Positions 30,071 through 34,622 of a stretch of DNA of 34,622 nt are shown piece after piece. Made by a program: the position numbers and the translations under genes. Positions within the stretch are counted from its first letter, which is position 1. Each line of letters starts with the position of its first letter. The notes beneath the pieces were generated by a model, which was given only the letters and a program-made list of their open reading frames with translations, ran no database searches and had not been told where the DNA came from. This DNA comes from Opitutus sp. GAS368 (GTDB taxonomy: Bacteria > Verrucomicrobiota > Verrucomicrobiia > Opitutales > Opitutaceae): positions 1 to 34,622 of the forward strand of contig CAMAVZ010000021.1 in NCBI GenBank assembly GCA_945861645.1, given 5' to 3'.

Positions 30071-33000
30071 ATGAACCTAACACCCTATACACTTCGTCGC
30101 GCGAGCAATCTCGCCCTGCTGGCTTTTGCCGCCAGCCTTTCTTTAGCCCAAGCTCAATTGAGCCCGACCGCGCCGGCGGCCCAGAGCTCCAAAGAAGAGA
30201 CGGTGGTGCTCCAGACTTTCACCGTCACGGGTTCTAATATTAAGCGCCTCGACGCGGAAAAGAGCCTCCCGGTCACAGTCATCGATCAAGAGGCCATGGA
30301 AGTTCGCGACGCTGCGCAAGCGGCGGATCTGCTTACTTCGCTCCCGCAAGTCACCGGTTTGCCTGGCAACGAAACCGCCACGCTGGGCGCCACCGCGCGC
30401 GGTGACAACGCCACGGTTTCATTGCGCGGCATCCCTTCCAGCAACACGCTCGTCTTGTTGAATGGTCGCCGGCTCGCCCCGCACCCGATCAGTCAATCGG
30501 AGGCTGGGGTCCCCACGCTCTCAACCAATGTGAACCAACTGCCGAATCGCGGCCTCGATCATATCGACGTGTTGCGCGATGGCGCTTCCTCGATTTACGG
30601 CACCGACGCGGTGGCGGGGGTTATTAACTATATTACGCGCCGTAACTATAACGGCACCGAGCTGCAATTACGTTACGGGGAGACTAATTATCGCGACGGG
30701 GCGGAATTTCGCTCCACCCTCACGCATGGCTTCGATTTTTCTAATGGGAAGGGTCGCGGCATGATCGTGGCTGATTACTATACGCGCCAAGCGATGTTTG
30801 CGCGGGATCGGGAGTTTTCAGCTGAGGCCGACAACACCTACCGCGCCCCGGCGCCGTGGAATGTCGCCACGAACACCACGTTCAATCTGCGCTCCGCCAC
30901 CAGCGAATATGGTAATTATCTGCTCGGCACGATCACGGCGACCAACGCCTATGGGGCGGTCACCGGCTTCACCGGGGCGCGGCCAACGGGCGTGCCGACG
31001 ACCCTCGCTTCCGCGACGGGCGTATTTTATCTCGCCCCCAATGGCAATGGGCTAGGCGGCGCGCAATTTCTAACCGCGGTGCCCTCCCGGGCTGGGATTA
31101 CGCATGACTATTACTGGAATAATAACGCCTACCGCGTGATCCAGCCTCAGTCGAAGCGCTATAATATTTTCGCCAGCGGCGAGTACGATCTGAATAGCCG
31201 CATTACTTTATTCACTGATCTGAGTTTCTATCGCGCTGATTCGCTGACCTATCGTGAGCCGGACGGGATCACGCAGAGCACCGATGGCTTCATTATCGTG
31301 CCTGCCACCAATCCGTGGAATCCCTTTGGCACGCGCTTCTGGTCCACCACTGGCGCCGCTAACACCGACGGCACCGCCCGCCTGACGGGGACGCCTTCAG
31401 CTGTCTCCATTACCAATAAACGCCTGACTGATTTGATGGATCGCACGGCCACGGTGACCAATATCATTTATCGCGGGGTCGCCGGGCTGCGCGGCAAGCT
31501 TTTCAACAACTGGACCTGGGAGAGCGCGGTACTCTATTCGCAAGCTCACGTCACCGATGAAGAGGCAGGCCCGAGCCGGAAGAGCCTGCTCATCGCCGCC
31601 ATTAACCAGACCGATCCTTTGAAGGCTTTTAATCCTTTCACCCGGACCTTTGCCGTGCAGAACGGCGCCCTCGTGGTGACGGGTCCGTACGTTAATTCTT
31701 CGATGGTGCAGTCGGGCTTCCGCTCAAAATTTATTCGTGAGGGCATCACAAAATTGGCGAGCGGCGACGTCCGCGCGGCCGGCGATGTGCTGTCGATCTG
31801 GGGCGGCAACGCGATCGGCGCGGCAGTCGGGGGCGAATGGCGCTACGAAGGCTATGACGATATGCGTCCAGCCTACGCCGGCTTAAATCCGGCTGGCTCC
31901 GGTTTAGACGGATCCACTAACGATTTCCTCGGGTTCTCCCCCAACCCGGACACCCACGGTACGCGTCACGTGGAGGCGGCTTACGTGGAGACCAACCTAC
32001 CGCTGGTGGGTAATAAATTCCGCCTGCCGCTGGTGCGCTCCCTTGAGTTGTCGGCCTCGGCGCGCTTCGAGAGTTACTCTGACTTTGGTGATACCACCAA
32101 ACCCAAGCTCGGGGTTAACTGGCGGCCTTTTTCTTGGGCGATGGTGCGCAGTTCCTACAACGAGGGGTTTCATGCGCCTAACTTAGCGCAACTTTTCACC
32201 GGTACCTTGATTCGCACCGTGACGGGCAGCACGGATACTTATCGCAGCGGCGTTACCGGTCTGACGACCGACGGCCCCTCGAATCGCCGGAGCGTGGCCG
32301 CGGGTAATCCCAATCTTCAACCGGAAGAATCCAAGGGTAAGTCGGCGGGAATCGTGATCGAGGTGCCGCTGGTTAAAGGCCTATCCTTCGGAGTTGATTA
32401 CTGGGAGATTGCGCAAACCAATGTCATCGCTTCTGCGGGCTCGATTACCGATGACAACTTAGCGCTGAACGTAGCCACGCAGGCCGCGCTCGCGTCCGGT
32501 CAGGCGATTGGCTCGATCGATTTAGGCTCCGGCACCGCAAATTATAAGGGGGATGGCGCCGTCGTGCGCTTGGCGGTCACGCAGGCCGATCGTGATTCCT
32601 TCACGCTCTACAATTCCACCCGGACCGCCGGTAATCAAAAGGCAGTGGTCGGCGCGATCGATATCCTGCGCACGACTTATTTCAATAAAGCATCGGAATT
32701 TGTGAACGGCTTTGATTTCGATTTGAACTACCGTTTCCCCGTCACCGCCATCGGCAATTTCACGTTTAACACGACGTGGACTAAGCTCATCGACTTCTAC
32801 GCTTATAACGCCGCTGGGGCCTCGCGCACTAATCTGCTCTGGACCAATTCTTCTACAGTCGGCGGCGCTACTCCGGTCTGGCGCGGTAGCGCTTCGCTCG
32901 GTTGGCGGCGCAATGCTTGGAGCGCCGGCCTCTCGGCTTATTATATCGGCGACTATAGCGATAGCGGGGCCACGACAACCCAAGCGATCTATGATTCGCT

Positions 33001-33274
33001 TGGTGCGCCGAACTACATCGTGCCCGTGGTCACGAATAGCACCACCGTCTATCGGTACCGCGTCAGTGATTCGATTACCTACAACGCGAATATCTCCTAT
33101 CGTTTGCGCACAAAAAATAAGTGGACCAATGATACCACGATTCGCCTCGGGGTTATTAATCTGCGCAACACCAAGCCACCGCTCTCCAGTGATTCACGCG
33201 GCTATGATCCTGCGATCTATAATTTGATGGCCCGCGGTCAGTCCTGGTCGCTCCAACTGACCAAGAAGATCTAA
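30071..33274 (+). CDS. Large TonB-dependent receptor (TBDR2, 1067 aa)
   Basis: Signal peptide, VVLQTFTVTGSNIKR, LRGIPSSNTLVLLNGRR, IDVLRDGASSIYGTDAVAGVINYI, ARFESYSDFGDTTKPK, GNPNLQPEES. Confidence 0.95.
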   Translation: MNLTPYTLRRASNLALLAFAASLSLAQAQLSPTAPAAQSSKEETVVLQTFTVTGSNIKRLDAEKSLPVTVIDQEAMEVRDAAQAADLLTSLPQVTGLPGNETATLGATARGDNATVSLRGIPSSNTLVLLNGRRLAPHPISQSEAGVPTLSTNVNQLPNRGLDHIDVLRDGASSIYGTDAVAGVINYITRRNYNGTELQLRYGETNYRDGAEFRSTLTHGFDFSNGKGRGMIVADYYTRQAMFARDREFSAEADNTYRAPAPWNVATNTTFNLRSATSEYGNYLLGTITATNAYGAVTGFTGARPTGVPTTLASATGVFYLAPNGNGLGGAQFLTAVPSRAGITHDYYWNNNAYRVIQPQSKRYNIFASGEYDLNSRITLFTDLSFYRADSLTYREPDGITQSTDGFIIVPATNPWNPFGTRFWSTTGAANTDGTARLTGTPSAVSITNKRLTDLMDRTATVTNIIYRGVAGLRGKLFNNWTWESAVLYSQAHVTDEEAGPSRKSLLIAAINQTDPLKAFNPFTRTFAVQNGALVVTGPYVNSSMVQSGFRSKFIREGITKLASGDVRAAGDVLSIWGGNAIGAAVGGEWRYEGYDDMRPAYAGLNPAGSGLDGSTNDFLGFSPNPDTHGTRHVEAAYVETNLPLVGNKFRLPLVRSLELSASARFESYSDFGDTTKPKLGVNWRPFSWAMVRSSYNEGFHAPNLAQLFTGTLIRTVTGSTDTYRSGVTGLTTDGPSNRRSVAAGNPNLQPEESKGKSAGIVIEVPLVKGLSFGVDYWEIAQTNVIASAGSITDDNLALNVATQAALASGQAIGSIDLGSGTANYKGDGAVVRLAVTQADRDSFTLYNSTRTAGNQKAVVGAIDILRTTYFNKASEFVNGFDFDLNYRFPVTAIGNFTFNTTWTKLIDFYAYNAAGASRTNLLWTNSSTVGGATPVWRGSASLGWRRNAWSAGLSAYYIGDYSDSGATTTQAIYDSLGAPNYIVPVVTNSTTVYRYRVSDSITYNANISYRLRTKNKWTNDTTIRLGVINLRNTKPPLSSDSRGYDPAIYNLMARGQSWSLQLTKKI

Positions 33275-33278
33275 TCCG

Positions 33279-33379
33279 GCAAATTTTGCGGGGCAGGGGG
33301 CGTGATTAAATCACGCGGCGGGGCGCTACGATTAAATGAGTAGCGACCCCTCTGACGGTGACCCTGCCCGCGTTTTTGC
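33279..33379 (+). other. Multi-branch structured intergenic element (RNA structure or REP composite)
   Basis: Outer stem 33288-33298/33362-33371 encloses two inverted repeats, each centred on GATTAAAT, and is followed by GTTTTTG. Confidence 0.6.
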
Positions 33380-33417
33380 TGAACGTAGCTCAATGGTGTT
33401 AAATTTAGTTCGTCTTT

Positions 33418-34622
33418 ATGATGTCTGACGCTGCGCCGCTTCGCGTGCCTATCCCGAGTGGAACCAGCAGCAGCCAAAAGCAGTTGCTGGCCTGTACCCT
33501 CGTGGTGGTGGTGGCCAGTTTGCTGGCTTCACTCATTCAGAATTCTGGTGGGCGGGTGCAGGTCATGGATCTCAAGATCCCCACCCAGAATGGGCAGTGG
33601 TTGGTCGCCGATCTTTTCCGGCCCCGCTCTGCTACGAGTGAGCAACCGGCTCCGCTGGTTATTGTCGTACCCGGGTTTCAGCGCTCCAAAGAATCGCTGG
33701 CTAATATTTCCCTCGAACTGGCGCGGCGGGGCCTAGTCGTCATCGCGCTCGATCCGTACGCTCAGGGCGGATCAAGTTCCTCGGCGACCGCCCAGTCCGC
33801 CACCACCGAAGGTTATGGGTTATTCGCGGTGGTGAACTACGCCGCCAACACGAATAATCTTAACTATATTGACCAAGCGAAAATCGGCGCGACTGGTCAT
33901 TCGGCGGGGGGCAACGCGGTGCTGCAAGGCGCTAGTTATTTTGGCCAAGAGGCTTTGCGCTTAGGTCGCCCGAGTAAATTGCATGCCGTGTACATCTCGG
34001 GTTACGCGCTTTCGCTCACGGCGAAAATTCTCAAGAATGTCCGGTCCCACGTCGGTTTTAGTTACGCTTTTTTTGATGAAGGCGCCTACCGCAATGAATT
34101 ACAAAATGGCGATATGCGTCACGCTCCAGAGGCGCTGCGCTTAATTAATTCAGCGCTTGATCCGGCGGAAGACGCGCCCACTGAGGTCGCGCTGAATCAT
34201 TACTACGGGACGGCCGCAGCGCGCAATTTACGCGTGGTACATAATGAGCGGACGCTGCATCCCTTCCAGCCGTACAGTCGCGAAGCCACGGCGCACCAGC
34301 TCGATTATTTTACCCAGGTCTTTGGTCTCACCGGCGATCTCGCTAGCGATGATCAAGTGTGGCTGTGGAAAGAATTACTGACCCTGGTGTCGCTCGTGGC
34401 TGCGTTTCTCGGCTTGGTCCCCCTGGCGCATTTACTGCTCACTCATCTGCCATATTTTCAACAAGTCGTCCGACCACTGCCAGTGGCCCCGCCTGCCCCG
34501 TCGGGCGCGGGGCGCTATTTATTTTGGGGTCTGCTCATCTTGGGGGCTTTGGTGGCGTGTTTCTCTTATATTCCCCTGACCGAGTTAGCCCAAAAAATAT
34601 TTGTGGCCGCCGCCGGTCGCGC
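33418..34622 (+). CDS. Membrane-anchored alpha/beta hydrolase, 3'-truncated by window end (absent from ORF track)
   Basis: Read manually from ATG 33418 with no stop to the window end: N-terminal hydrophobic anchor, PAPLVIVVPGFQRSKE, ELARRGLVVIALDPY, ATGHSAGG (Ser at 33901-33903), FFDEG, TLHPFQPY, then TM helices from WLWKELLTL. Confidence 0.9.
   Translation, partial: MMSDAAPLRVPIPSGTSSSQKQLLACTLVVVVASLLASLIQNSGGRVQVMDLKIPTQNGQWLVADLFRPRSATSEQPAPLVIVVPGFQRSKESLANISLELARRGLVVIALDPYAQGGSSSSATAQSATTEGYGLFAVVNYAANTNNLNYIDQAKIGATGHSAGGNAVLQGASYFGQEALRLGRPSKLHAVYISGYALSLTAKILKNVRSHVGFSYAFFDEGAYRNELQNGDMRHAPEALRLINSALDPAEDAPTEVALNHYYGTAAARNLRVVHNERTLHPFQPYSREATAHQLDYFTQVFGLTGDLASDDQVWLWKELLTLVSLVAAFLGLVPLAHLLLTHLPYFQQVVRPLPVAPPAPSGAGRYLFWGLLILGALVACFSYIPLTELAQKIFVAAAGR

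Noticed and set aside
33458-33736. 92-aa ORF in the track
   Set aside because: Out-of-frame overlap with the hydrolase gene starting at 33418.

Overview
Gene-dense, moderately GC-rich bacterial chromosomal segment. Gene content and intergenic repeat style suggest a Verrucomicrobiota/Opitutaceae-like genome; this is inference, not a search result. Left to right it encodes ribokinase, a LytS/LytTR pair followed by NatAB-like ABC genes, an ABC-F ATPase, a YyaL-like thioredoxin-domain protein, an exported NPP-family phosphodiesterase, SlyX and two hypothetical proteins. Next come a ggt-AKR-membrane protein operon divergent from a TonB-dependent receptor, two MDR dehydrogenases, a Tat-exported HisC-like aminotransferase, a divergent-type membrane pyrophosphatase, a ZrgBCD-like ABC/DUF3299 set, an ACT protein and a CDF transporter. 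The most notable part is the right end: a secreted serine hydrolase that closely follows the motif order I recall for poly(aspartic acid) hydrolase PahZ1, then a 1067-aa TonB-dependent receptor, a multi-branch structured spacer, and a membrane-anchored alpha/beta hydrolase that is missing from the ORF track. Together these are a candidate beta-aspartyl/polyamide utilisation locus. Several genes appear to have a sigma70-like promoter 5-8 nt before the start codon, suggesting leaderless mRNAs. No rRNA, tRNA, CRISPR, transposase or phage genes were seen. All family calls are from motif recognition by eye.
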